From contig CBDBZU010000004.1 in NCBI GenBank assembly GCA_965213625.1, forward strand, positions 1,696,001 through 1,760,000: a stretch of 64,000 nt of DNA. Reading direction: 5' to 3'. Shown here piece after piece: positions 11,241 through 21,008 of the stretch. Origin of the DNA: a bacterium (lineage in GTDB: Bacteria; UBA8248). The number at the start of each line of letters is the position of its first letter. Position 1 is the first letter of the stretch. The translations under genes and the position numbers were made by a program. The notes beneath the pieces were generated by a model. That model did not search any database. It was not told where the DNA came from and worked only from the letters and a program-made list of their open reading frames with translations.

Positions 11241-13136
11241 ATGGGGTCGCTCGTGAAATGGGGTTGGATCTGCGTCGTAGCCAGCGCCGCGTTCTTCATC
11301 TTTGCGGGCACGTTTTCGAACCCGTTTTTACATGACGACATCGCCATAATCGGCGAGAATCCCCTCGTCCGCGAGAGTGGCCGTATCCTGGAAGCCTTTC
11401 AGCACGATTATTGGGCCGTGCTCGAGACGAACGAGAGAAGAGATCGCCTCTATCGGCCCTTCACCATCGTCTCATTCGCGCTGAATCACGCCCTCGGCGG
11501 TCTGAATCCGGTTGGCTACCGAATAATCAACGCCTTGTTTCACGCCTTTGCCTGCCTCGCGCTGTTCTGGCTGTGCGTCCGCTTCGGAGTCTCACGTAAC
11601 GCGGCGGGAGCAGTTTCCCTGCTGTTCGCTCTTCATCCGGTTCATACTGAGGCGGTGAACGCCGTCGTCGCGCGCGCCGACCTGATGGCCGCAGTGGGCG
11701 TGTTTGGGGGGTTGAGCCTCTTGATGAGCGTTGCGCTCCCTGGAATGAGACCCGGCGAAGCGCAGGGAAGTCATGAGATAGCAGCCGGTGGAAGTTTCTC
11801 ATATCGGGACGTGTTCGCACCGGTCGGTCTCACGTGCGCGCTTTGCCTTTTTGCGATGCTGTCCAAGGAAATCGGCGTGGCCCTGCTGTTCAGCGCTCTT
11901 TTGTGGTGGCTCTGGGGTCGGTATGTAATGGGAGAGAAGGAGTGTCCGCCTCTCAGGCATACGCTCACCGCCGTCTGCGCGCTCGCCCTCGTACTCATTA
12001 TATATGTGTGGATGCGATACGCCGCCTTGGGCATGTTGGCGCGCCCCTACCCGCCATCGAAACTCGACAACGTCCTGGCGCTGATGCCGGCGGGTGGACG
12101 GATCTTGGGCGCCATCGGCGTCCTGGGCCGCTATTTCAAGCTCCTGGTATGGCCGTGGCCATTGAGCATGGATTATTCCTTCGCACAGATTCCGTTGGAA
12201 GGTGCGGAAGCGATGCTCTGGGCGGCGGCGGGTATTTTGGGGCTTCTGGCGTGGGGCTACGCCGCATGGCGTCTGAGGAAAGACATGCCGTGGGTCGCCT
12301 TCGGGCTCGTCGTTTTCATCGGTGCCTACCTGCCCGTGAGTAACCTGCTGATTCCCATGGGCACCATCATGGCGGAGCGGGTGCTCTATATCCCCTCGGC
12401 CGGTTTCCTCATCGCCCTGGTGCCTACAGTGGGTGTGTTGCTTAGTGGAAGAGATTGGCGAATCGGCGCGGCGCTACTCGTTATAGTGTGCGTAGTCTTC
12501 GGTGCGCTGACGCTCAAGCGAAACCACGAGTGGGGCGATACGCTCCGTTTCTGGCGGCGGACGGCGGAGGTCTCTCCGAACAGTGCGCGTGCGCTCAGGG
12601 TGTATGGGCAGGCACTGATCGACCGAAACAGGTTCCGCGAAGCCATAGAGCCGCTCAAGAAATCCGTCGAGATTTATCCCGTCTACGATTACGCCTGGGT
12701 GGATTTAGGAATAGCGCAAATGCAAAGCGGCGACGCGGCAGCCGCAGAAATTTCTCTCAAGCGAGCCTTACGGCTCAACGATGAGAACGCCGAGGCGCAT
12801 CTGGCCCTAGGAGCACTGTACATGGGCGCTGAGCGCGGCGATCTAGCGAGGCCCCATTTCGAGCGCGCGATTGGTCTCAATCCCAGGCTGGCGGAGGCGC
12901 GCTTCAATCTGGGCACCCTGTATCTCAAGGCGGGTTCGAGGCGCCTGGCTATAGCGCAGTTCAGGGCGGCGCTGAGAGTCGAACCCGGCCACGGAGGCGT
13001 ACACCACAATCTGGCGCTGGCTTTGTATCTGGAGGGTGATCGCGCAGGCGCTCGAAAACACGCGAGAGGGGCCGAGAAGTTCGGCTCGCCGCTTCACCCA
13101 AAACTAAAAAGAGAGCTGGGTCTCACCCGGCCTTAA
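11241..13136 (+). CDS. TMTC-like GT-C membrane glycosyltransferase with C-terminal TPRs
   Basis: LHDD in first loop, YRP, FALHPVHTEAV, P.PLSMDYS, AERVLYIPS; TPR repeats. Confidence 0.85.
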   Translation: MGSLVKWGWICVVASAAFFIFAGTFSNPFLHDDIAIIGENPLVRESGRILEAFQHDYWAVLETNERRDRLYRPFTIVSFALNHALGGLNPVGYRIINALFHAFACLALFWLCVRFGVSRNAAGAVSLLFALHPVHTEAVNAVVARADLMAAVGVFGGLSLLMSVALPGMRPGEAQGSHEIAAGGSFSYRDVFAPVGLTCALCLFAMLSKEIGVALLFSALLWWLWGRYVMGEKECPPLRHTLTAVCALALVLIIYVWMRYAALGMLARPYPPSKLDNVLALMPAGGRILGAIGVLGRYFKLLVWPWPLSMDYSFAQIPLEGAEAMLWAAAGILGLLAWGYAAWRLRKDMPWVAFGLVVFIGAYLPVSNLLIPMGTIMAERVLYIPSAGFLIALVPTVGVLLSGRDWRIGAALLVIVCVVFGALTLKRNHEWGDTLRFWRRTAEVSPNSARALRVYGQALIDRNRFREAIEPLKKSVEIYPVYDYAWVDLGIAQMQSGDAAAAEISLKRALRLNDENAEAHLALGALYMGAERGDLARPHFERAIGLNPRLAEARFNLGTLYLKAGSRRLAIAQFRAALRVEPGHGGVHHNLALALYLEGDRAGARKHARGAEKFGSPLHPKLKRELGLTRP

Positions 13137-13357
13137 GGCAGAACACGACTTGCACTTGGACGGAGTGGTATTCCGTGATGGGCGGAAGAAACTTGCTTTC
13201 TGTTACTTACGCGGTATATTTGTTGGTGGTTGGGGCTTTCTGACATCGATATCATATAACGGTTGATTAATTTTTCCGGAACCATGCTCCGTTACGGAGC
13301 GGTGTCGGCGTAGCCGACGTTTCTACCTTAAGTATGCTGCCTATGTGAGGTTTTTTC

Positions 13358-15277
13358 ATGTTCTCTAGCCTCGTTCCCAAGGCGTCGGCCCTATTGCTGG
13401 CGCTCATCGTCTTCCTCTGCGCATCTGTTGGTTCAATTCATGCGCAAGAGAACGATTATCGAAATGCACTAGGGCTCATCAGCGAGAAGATGCGCCAGAG
13501 ATTCCCGAATCTGCGCGGCGCAGTGGTCGCTGTTAAGGGGGCGGATCTTTACTTAAGCCTCGGAGAGAAGGATAAGGTGGTCAAGGGCGTCAAGATGGGC
13601 GTCTACCGCGAAGGGGCGCCGTTCCGGCACCCGACGACGGGTGTCGTTCTCGGCAAACTGGAAGAGGAGATTGGCGAAGTCGAAATCGTCGAAGTGCGGG
13701 AGAAATTCTCCATCGCTCGACTGGTCCGCCTGGCGCCGGGCGGGCGACTCTCCCCGCGCGTCAAGGACATTGTGCGCATGTCCGCGGCGAAAATTCGCTT
13801 GGCGTTACTCCCTTTCGTCAACCAGACGAAAGAGGCCGTCAGCATGGAAACACTTACGAGGGAGTTGAGTCGTCAACTCCTGAGAAGCGGACGCTTCGAG
13901 GTTTATGACGTGGACAGGCTGCAGGTATGGCTCCTGGAGACGGGCATTGCTACGGATCAGATACTCAAGGATGAGAATCCCATACGTCTGCGAAACCAGG
14001 TGCGGGGCGACATGGCCTTGGAAAACGAACTGCGTGAAATCAGAGGGAAGAAGATTCTCTCCACCCGGCTTTTGTCTCTCACAACGAAGGAAGAACTCTT
14101 CAAGGCCGTGGCGATTGCGGATGAACTGCCTTTCGATCAGAGCTTGCCGCCCCAAGTGAAGGATCTCAATCGCAGCGAGGGAGGCGGACGCGCAGGACCT
14201 GCGAACGAGAGTTTCGTGCTCGCCCGCGAGGGAGCGCCCGGCAGGGCAGGCGGCGTGAAGAGCTATTCGTTCGATAAAGTCGCCTTCCGGGGGATGTCTG
14301 TCGCGGATGTGGATGGCGACGGAAAAAACGAAGTCGTCCTCATCACGCAGACTCAGGTGATCGTCTACCGATTCGAGAATAACCGGATGCGCGAAATCGC
14401 GCGCTTCGACGAGGGGGCGGCGAACGACTTCCGCTGGCTCGACATCGCCGACATGAACGGAGACGGGACGCCCGAGTTCTACCTCGCCTCTTATCGCTCG
14501 AACGAGTTGTACTCGATAATCCTGCAGTTCAAGGGCGGGAAGTTCACGCCCCTCGTCCGGAACGACAGGACGTTTTACCGCCTCCTCCGGGTGCGGCGGC
14601 ACAAGAAGGGCGCTAATATTCCCGATTCAGAAGCCTACCTGCTCCTGGGCCAGAGCGAGGGACTCGACAAGGCGTTCGATGGCCCCATTCGCAGCTATCG
14701 GTGGTCGGGAGGAAAGCTCGCGCCTGCCGCCCCCTATGCGCTTCCGCCCGATTTGACGATTCTGGGCTTCGGCTTGTGGGATATCAACAAGGATGGCGCG
14801 CTGGAGGTCATCGAGGTGGGGAAGGACGACAGGCTGAAGGTATTTTCGAAAAGCGGCGCGGAGATATACTCGAGTTCTGAAACCTACGGCGCACCCGTCC
14901 ATAAATTCTTCTCCCTTGCCAATACTGAAAATACCAGTGACAGGATACATGTGCCGGATCTCCCGATACGCTCGCGCGTGATGGTCGAAGACGTCGACAG
15001 GGACGGGGTGGACGAGATTCTGGTGATCCGCAACGAATACGCTGTTGGCATCGCACCTGGTCTGGGCGTTTCGAGAGGGCAGGTCGCGAGTCTCATCTGG
15101 GACGGCAGCGGTTTGACCCAGACCTGGCGCTCCAGAAAACTGCGCGGGGGAGTCGTGGATTTCGCCTTTGGCGACGCAGACAACGACGGTTTCGACGATC
15201 TGGTCTTGGTTGCGACGAGTTCGGGCCCGCTGGTCGGCGAGAAAAGCCAGATTTTCTTCTACAAACTCAGGGAATAG
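13358..15277 (+). CDS. Exported FG-GAP/VCBS-repeat protein with FlgT/CsgG-like N-terminal domains
   Basis: Signal peptide; HPTTGVVLG; DVDGDGKNE, DMNGDGTPE, DINKDG, DVDRDG, DADNDG repeats. Confidence 0.8.
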   Translation: MFSSLVPKASALLLALIVFLCASVGSIHAQENDYRNALGLISEKMRQRFPNLRGAVVAVKGADLYLSLGEKDKVVKGVKMGVYREGAPFRHPTTGVVLGKLEEEIGEVEIVEVREKFSIARLVRLAPGGRLSPRVKDIVRMSAAKIRLALLPFVNQTKEAVSMETLTRELSRQLLRSGRFEVYDVDRLQVWLLETGIATDQILKDENPIRLRNQVRGDMALENELREIRGKKILSTRLLSLTTKEELFKAVAIADELPFDQSLPPQVKDLNRSEGGGRAGPANESFVLAREGAPGRAGGVKSYSFDKVAFRGMSVADVDGDGKNEVVLITQTQVIVYRFENNRMREIARFDEGAANDFRWLDIADMNGDGTPEFYLASYRSNELYSIILQFKGGKFTPLVRNDRTFYRLLRVRRHKKGANIPDSEAYLLLGQSEGLDKAFDGPIRSYRWSGGKLAPAAPYALPPDLTILGFGLWDINKDGALEVIEVGKDDRLKVFSKSGAEIYSSSETYGAPVHKFFSLANTENTSDRIHVPDLPIRSRVMVEDVDRDGVDEILVIRNEYAVGIAPGLGVSRGQVASLIWDGSGLTQTWRSRKLRGGVVDFAFGDADNDGFDDLVLVATSSGPLVGEKSQIFFYKLRE

Positions 15278-15548
15278 GTCTTTTCCTTCAATAGCATGAA
15301 GCTTTGCCCGATTTTCTGAGGTGCAGGGCGCATTTGCGGGGCCATGATAACCTGCAAATGAAAATTTTTTTCTTGAATTGAGAGGACCCGGGTGGAGAAA
15401 AGAAAATTCCCTTCGTTTTTCTCTGGAACTGAATATCTGGTAAAAGATTGATTTTGCAATTGCTAAACATTTTTTTCCGGCGCGAGGACCGATGCAGGGT
15501 ACGAATCATGTGGGGACGAATTTTTTGGATATCCACTTGGAATGTTTG

Positions 15549-15577
15549 TTGACAAAGACCATCATCTTCTCTATTCT
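15549..15577 (+). promoter_or_regulatory. Sigma70 promoter P1 (probable original porin promoter, overlapping attL)
   Basis: TTGACA-17 nt-TATTCT; now followed by element DNA rather than a gene. Confidence 0.7.
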
Positions 15578-16604
15578 TTTATCGAACAGACCGTATCTAA
15601 CATTTCCCGGTAAACCAAATATCCCTGCAATACACTGATTTTATATTATATACGGCGAATTATCGTCCTGTTTCAGCGTTTCTGGTTCTTCTCCCTTGAA
15701 ATGAGTAATCAAACCGCAAGCGGGTTCATTACAACCCCTGCGCGTCCCGGCGAGCGCGTGTCGGGGGAAGTGTCCGGCGGCGGGGTGACGGCGTTCGTTG
15801 CAGCGCTCTGGGAATTGCTTCCGGTTAGTCCGGAGCAACCGCTGCCGGACATCCATTGGGGTTTGCCGCATCGTCCGCGTCCCGGGGTGTTCCGGATGCC
15901 TGGAAACCCGGCGTCTTCCAGGCCGGCGCTTCGGCCCGCTCCCCCCGTGCCAAGGTCCCGCTCCCGCAGGAGGGCTCCCGAGCGGAAACGCGCCGACACC
16001 CGCCGGAAATACCCCTGAGAGAGTGTCCCCGCCGGCGCGAAGCAGCGCGTCCACAGCGCTTCGCCCCCCGGCCTTTGGCAGGGACACCCTCCGTGCGGCA
16101 TGGGCCGATATGCCGGTGTTCCGCATCTCTTTTTCATTCCCCGATGAAAGCGCCTGGACCAGAGCGCCGCCCCTCCCGGCAAGCGTGAAATGCCCCATTG
16201 GTCTTTCACGACATTCCCACGAGGAGTCGCCGGGAGGGACGACTTGCCGCTTGAACCCAGGCGGCACAGCACAAGGAGGAAATGCGCGCCTGAAGCGGCT
16301 GGTTCGCGTTTTTCGCGGTACGGTGTTTTCCCTGAATCTGTAGGGGTATCGCGGCAAATATACACCGCCGCCGGGTCTTGCTCAACGGCTCCTGCTCGCG
16401 CAAGGCCCCCTCGTCGTCCACGTCCCTCATCCATCCGCCGATTGACAGGAACCCTCGAGACGGCAGGTCGTGGTGGTCGACGTCATACCGCCGCCCGCCG
16501 GCGAAAGGTGGAGGCAGTGGAGAGTCGCCTGGGACTGAGGGTGCGGGGTGGAGAGAGGCCGCCGCGCCCATCCGCCATCGACCCACGACCCGGGAGGATT
16601 TTCC

Positions 16605-16952
16605 ATGACAAACCGAAAACCATCCGCTGCGGCGCACTTGATCGTTCTCGCTGGCCCCGCTCTCGCGCTGCTCTACACCCTTATCGCCATAAGCGGCGGG
16701 AGGGGCGTCCGCTTCATCTCCGCGGCCTGGCTCCTCGCCGCGCTCTGGACCATCGTCACCGCGCTCTCGGGCGCCCTGTGGCGGGCGTACCGCAGCGACT
16801 GGTCCGCCTTCACCTCCTACACCCTTCCCGAGAGGAACGAAGAACAATTCGACTGGGAGACCCGGACGGGGCGTTACTCCTGGCGGCGTGATTACGAGGA
16901 AGGCGAGATGTACGATGATGATTATCCCTACGGTCACGGCCCCATCGCCTGA
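16605..16952 (+). CDS. Small two-TM hypothetical membrane protein
   Basis: GGGAGG RBS; two hydrophobic segments and an acidic tail. Confidence 0.6.
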   Translation: MTNRKPSAAAHLIVLAGPALALLYTLIAISGGRGVRFISAAWLLAALWTIVTALSGALWRAYRSDWSAFTSYTLPERNEEQFDWETRTGRYSWRRDYEEGEMYDDDYPYGHGPIA

Positions 16953-17341
16953 GCGTCCGGAGGTTTCACTCTCTGCCGCGTAAGCGGCGGCACGCGCCCC
17001 GTACCCCGGCATACCCCCCTGCTTGTTCGCCGCGGCGTCCGGTCCTCTTCACGGACGCCCATATTATCCGAAATCAATCCGCCCGGAAGGGATTTCGATA
17101 GTGGATTTCCTGCACCTTGCCGCCGTATGCGCTCACGTCCACCACCCCCCGCGCCGGGACTTGATAAAAAAATACGCTAAGACAGGCGGCATCCCTCTTT
17201 TCCTCCACAGGCGCGCCCCGCCCCGCCGAGAGACAGAGCCGGGCCGGGAGGGGGCGGCGGAAGGGGTCCGGGAGGGAGCCTCTCCCTCTCCGGTCAATAC
17301 CGGTCGCCGCCATCATCCACCCATTCCAAGGAGGCCGCGCG

Positions 17342-17644
17342 ATGCGAAAACCAAAACCTGAAGCCGACACCTTCCTCACCCATCTCCTGGGCCCTGGCCT
17401 GGCCGATGAGCGATACGAGGTCAGGCGATACAAATCCGATGCCCGGGGCAGCATCAGGCCCGCGCCCTCTCCTGAGAGCGGTAAGCGCAAAAGAAAACGC
17501 GTGACGGCCTCGCGCCGTGTTGTCAGGGAGATGCGTCCCGCCCGGGACGAGCTCATCATTTGTACGGGGATCAAAATCCCCGGGAGCGGCCTGCAGCTGT
17601 GGGGCGAACACCTCGTGTGGGGGCGGATGATGAGCCGGGGATGA
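17342..17644 (+). CDS. Hypothetical protein
   Basis: AAGGAGG RBS before ATG; 100-aa ORF. Confidence 0.45.
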   Translation: MRKPKPEADTFLTHLLGPGLADERYEVRRYKSDARGSIRPAPSPESGKRKRKRVTASRRVVREMRPARDELIICTGIKIPGSGLQLWGEHLVWGRMMSRG

Positions 17645-17710
17645 ACCCGCAAGACGTCTGGCCGCCCCACTGCCGTCTACACGACTTCACCGACACATGA
17701 GGAAAATCCT

Positions 17711-18523
17711 GTGCCACACAAGAATCCGAAAATTCGACGCGAGAGAGAACGCGAACGCCACAGGCGGAGGACCGAATCGCGTAGAGCGCGGAGAGCTTGC
17801 CCGAAGTGCGGCGAATACCCTCCTGCACCCGGGCGAACTCTCTGCGAATCCTGCCTCGGTAAATCCCTGACCGCCGAACGCGCCCGATACGCCAAAGCCC
17901 GGGAAGAGGGGTTCCCATATGGCGGGAGAGACCCCGAAAGCCGCCGCCGCATGGCGCGCGAGAGGGCGAGAAAACGCAGGCGCGAGCGTCTCGAGGCCGG
18001 GCTCTGCACGGCTTGCGGCGAACGGGAACCCGCCGGGGGCGCAGCCGTCTGCGAAATCTGCCGGGAAGCGAGACGCGCGGCGGAAAAGAAGCTTTATGAA
18101 AAAAGGAGATCCTCCGGGCGATGCGGTCGTTGCGGAGGCGCCGTTATCGGCAAGGCTTCGACGTGCGCTTCGTGCGCCGAAAGGGAGGTGAAGCGCCGCC
18201 CAAAGAAGAACGCCGCGAGCAGGAAACGCTATCGCGACAGACGCGCCCTCGGGATCTGCGTGGACTGCCAATCATCCGAAACCAACGGAGCATCAAGGTG
18301 CGCTTCCTGCGCCTTGCGCTCCTGGCACTCCTCGGGCGAGCACAGGGGGATGCCGGTCTTTCCGCCGCGCTACACCGTGGTGGAACTCGAAACGGGCGCA
18401 GAACACGGCCCCCTCGACTCCTGGGAGGAGGTAGCCATGTGCCTCGCCTTCAAGAGGCTCTCCCGCGATGAAATCGAGGTGGTCGAGGACGCGCCCTTGA
18501 TTTCCGGGCTCGCCGGGTGGTGA
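17711..18523 (+). CDS. Basic Cys-rich protein with repeated CxxC zinc-finger-like units
   Basis: Four CxxC..CxxC units separated by Arg-rich helices; GAGGA RBS. Confidence 0.7.
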   Translation: MPHKNPKIRRERERERHRRRTESRRARRACPKCGEYPPAPGRTLCESCLGKSLTAERARYAKAREEGFPYGGRDPESRRRMARERARKRRRERLEAGLCTACGEREPAGGAAVCEICREARRAAEKKLYEKRRSSGRCGRCGGAVIGKASTCASCAEREVKRRPKKNAASRKRYRDRRALGICVDCQSSETNGASRCASCALRSWHSSGEHRGMPVFPPRYTVVELETGAEHGPLDSWEEVAMCLAFKRLSRDEIEVVEDAPLISGLAGW

Positions 18524-18674
18524 GCGTCGCCTGAGCCGGCACGGCGGGGGTACGTACCGCCGGCGGGCCGACGACCGAGGGGGAGGGTTCGCCGCCTCCC
18601 TGCTCCGCAGCCGTCCCGTCGACCTCAGGGCGTCTGCCGGAAGCGGCCTCGCCGGGGGGGAGTCTCCGGTCCGC

Positions 18675-19049
18675 TCAACGCCCGCGCCATTCCCGAGGCA
18701 AAGCGAGTCCCGGGCGGCGGGGCCTTCGCTCGACCCGCCAGGCCGCCACCCATGCCGGGAGAGAGAGCAGGAGCGACTGATCGCCTGTGGGCAGCGTACC
18801 TGAGAAGCCCGCGACTGCGGCGCCGCCGAGCGCGGCCCACGCCACTAGGGCGGGACCCGGATAGCCCGAGCGGGCGAGACGCTTACAGGCGAGCGCCAGC
18901 GGCATGCCGCACGGAGCAACCGCCACCAACTCCACGAGAGAGGCGGGCGCCATCATTCCGGACACGGACCCCACGCGCAGAACCTCTTCCGCCATAATTC
19001 CTCCCGGCAGCCACGACAGCGCCGGAATCCAGAATTTGAGACTGGCCAT
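18675..19049 (-). CDS. Hypothetical membrane protein
   Basis: AGGAGGAGG RBS before MASLKFW; hydrophobic. Confidence 0.45.
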   Translation of the reverse strand: MASLKFWIPALSWLPGGIMAEEVLRVGSVSGMMAPASLVELVAVAPCGMPLALACKRLARSGYPGPALVAWAALGGAAVAGFSGTLPTGDQSLLLSLPAWVAAWRVERRPRRPGLALPREWRGR

Positions 19050-19243
19050 GCCTCCTCCTTCCTCATGTCCGCGCGCCTTCTGACACGAATCCGCGGCAAA
19101 GGCAAGCGCCCTCCGCGAGCGCTCCCCGCCGGGTGAGAACCTCCCCGGGAGAGGTGAAGAGAAGCGGGGAGCCGGGCAAATGCCCGGTAGGGAGAGGGAG
19201 ACGGTCTCCAGTTCCCGCCGCCGGCGACAACCCGAGAGGAGGC

Positions 19244-19384
19244 ATGGCCATGTAGGAGAACGACTACGACGTCGACGTTCCCACCGCGGATGAGTTGCTC
19301 GCAGAACTCGGACTCGACGCGTACACGATCCGCAAGCTGCGCGACGAAGCGCAAGGCGAGGCGGAGGAGTTTTGCAGCGTCTAG
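19244..19384 (+). pseudogene. Small acidic ORF with early amber codon
   Basis: GAGAGGAGG RBS, ATG GCC ATG TAG then open frame ENDYDVDVPTADELLAELGLD... Confidence 0.45.
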
Positions 19385-19462
19385 GACGAACCGGGGGGGC
19401 GGGTGAGAGGATTCCCGGCTCCTCGACTTTATCATCCACACCACACTTCAAGGAGTATCAAA

Positions 19463-19903
19463 ATGGCATTCGGACTGAACCGTGCGGAACTGATCGGGCG
19501 TCTCGGCGCCGACGTTACCATCAACCATCTCGCGAGCGGGGGACGCGTCGCGAATCTATCCATAGCGACCGATGAGGGCTACGTGGACAGGCAGTCCGGC
19601 GATCGGGTGGAGAAAACAGAGTGGCATAGGATCGTGACATTCCAGCCGGGCCTGGTGGACATGCTCGAGAGGCACGCGAAGAAGGGTCGCCTGGTATATG
19701 TCGCGGGCAAGCTCCAGACCCGCCGCTGGAAGAAGGATGAGGAAGACTCGGATCGGTTCTCGACCGAGATCCTCATCGCGCCCGGCGGGGTCGTCCAATT
19801 CTTGGAAAAAATGAACGGGAACAACAACGGCAACGGCGCGCACCCCGAGACGGCCGACGTGGCGCCCACCGCGGGCGTAGTCGGGCAGGAGATTCCATTC
19901 TGA
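19463..19903 (+). CDS. ssb: Single-stranded DNA-binding protein
   Basis: LNRAELIGRLGAD, TEWHRIV, KGRLVYVAGKLQTRRW, C-terminal IPF. Confidence 0.95.
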   Translation: MAFGLNRAELIGRLGADVTINHLASGGRVANLSIATDEGYVDRQSGDRVEKTEWHRIVTFQPGLVDMLERHAKKGRLVYVAGKLQTRRWKKDEEDSDRFSTEILIAPGGVVQFLEKMNGNNNGNGAHPETADVAPTAGVVGQEIPF

Positions 19904-20276
19904 TCACCCCGGGGGGTCGGCGCCACGCGCCGGCTCCCCTTCTTTTTTGCTCCGGATCCCGAGGAGGCCCGGTATGCCCCGAACACCCTCTCCCGCGTCT
20001 TTCCCTCCCTGCCGGCTTCTCTCGTCTACCGGGAACACCCCATAAATCTCCGGTTCCGTGAACGGTAAACCATGTTCCCGGAAGATCGGCTTGCACCTGC
20101 AAGCACTCCATGCTCAAGGCAGTGGCTCAGTCTACCCCCCGCTGCGGAAATTTCGGGCCGAATAACGGCCCGAAATGACCCTTTCCGCAGCATGAGAGAT
20201 TGTTTCCCGATGAGCTTCGCCTTCATCGTGAAACACCAAAAACTCTTGTGTCCCGGTGGCGGTACTAGTGTCTCTC

Positions 20277-20506
20277 TCTTAGCGCCCTCATTTTAGCACG
20301 AACGCCGGGCGAATAAAGGGTGGCCGCAAGCGGCCATCATTTACCGGTGCCCCCCAAAAACGTCGAGCGGCAAAAAACAGGAGCGCCGCTCTATGAACCG
20401 TGTTTTTCGGGAACCCCCCGGAAAATGACAAGCCCTTGATTCGCCCGCCTACGGGCATCGGCAACACCGCCCGATGCCCTTACGTGTTGAAAATGAGGCG
20501 CTAAGA
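20277..20506 (+). promoter_or_regulatory. Long imperfect hairpin, Frpo/ssi-like single-stranded promoter candidate
   Basis: Nested complementary arms over ~230 nt with TTGATT and GAAAAT on the 3' arm, just upstream of DUF4326. Confidence 0.6.
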
Positions 20507-20541
20507 AGCGCATCCGTTAACTCTCTGGAAAGGAGAAAGGC

Positions 20542-20919
20542 ATGGAAACCACCGTGGTGAACCTGAACACATATGTCGATGAACCCGGCAGCGGCCTGCT
20601 GGTGAGGATCGACCGCATGACGAAGTGGGGAAACCCCTTCCGGCTCGGCGCCGACGGCGACAGCGACGCCGTCATCGAGAAATACCGGCGATGGCTGTGG
20701 GAAAAAATCCAGCGCGAGGAGCTCGACCTATACGAACTCGCCGACCTGCAGGGCTGCGAACTCGGCTGCCACTGCCACTGCCATCCCCTCCCGTGCCACG
20801 GCGATGTCCTCGCACGCGCCGCCGAGTGCGCAGCCAGGTATCTCGACGAGATGCCCAAAGAAGTAGGGCGCAACGAGCGTGGCTACGCTCTTCCCGAATT
20901 CAACCATCCCCTCGCTTGA
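20542..20919 (+). CDS. DUF4326 domain protein
   Basis: IDRMTKWGNPF...L.GCELGC.C.P.PCHGDVL signature. Confidence 0.88.
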   Translation: METTVVNLNTYVDEPGSGLLVRIDRMTKWGNPFRLGADGDSDAVIEKYRRWLWEKIQREELDLYELADLQGCELGCHCHCHPLPCHGDVLARAAECAARYLDEMPKEVGRNERGYALPEFNHPLA

Positions 20920-21008
20920 GGACAACCGAACCACCGGCTGAAAAACCCAATCACTGAAAGGAGTGAATGATGACTGCCTCCGCGACTCACGACCGCAAGG
21001 AGAGCACC

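Noticed and set aside
15641-17012. Several 200+ aa overlapping ORFs at the island's left end
   Set aside because: Arg/Pro/Gly-rich, no RBS or motifs; only 16605-16952 looks real
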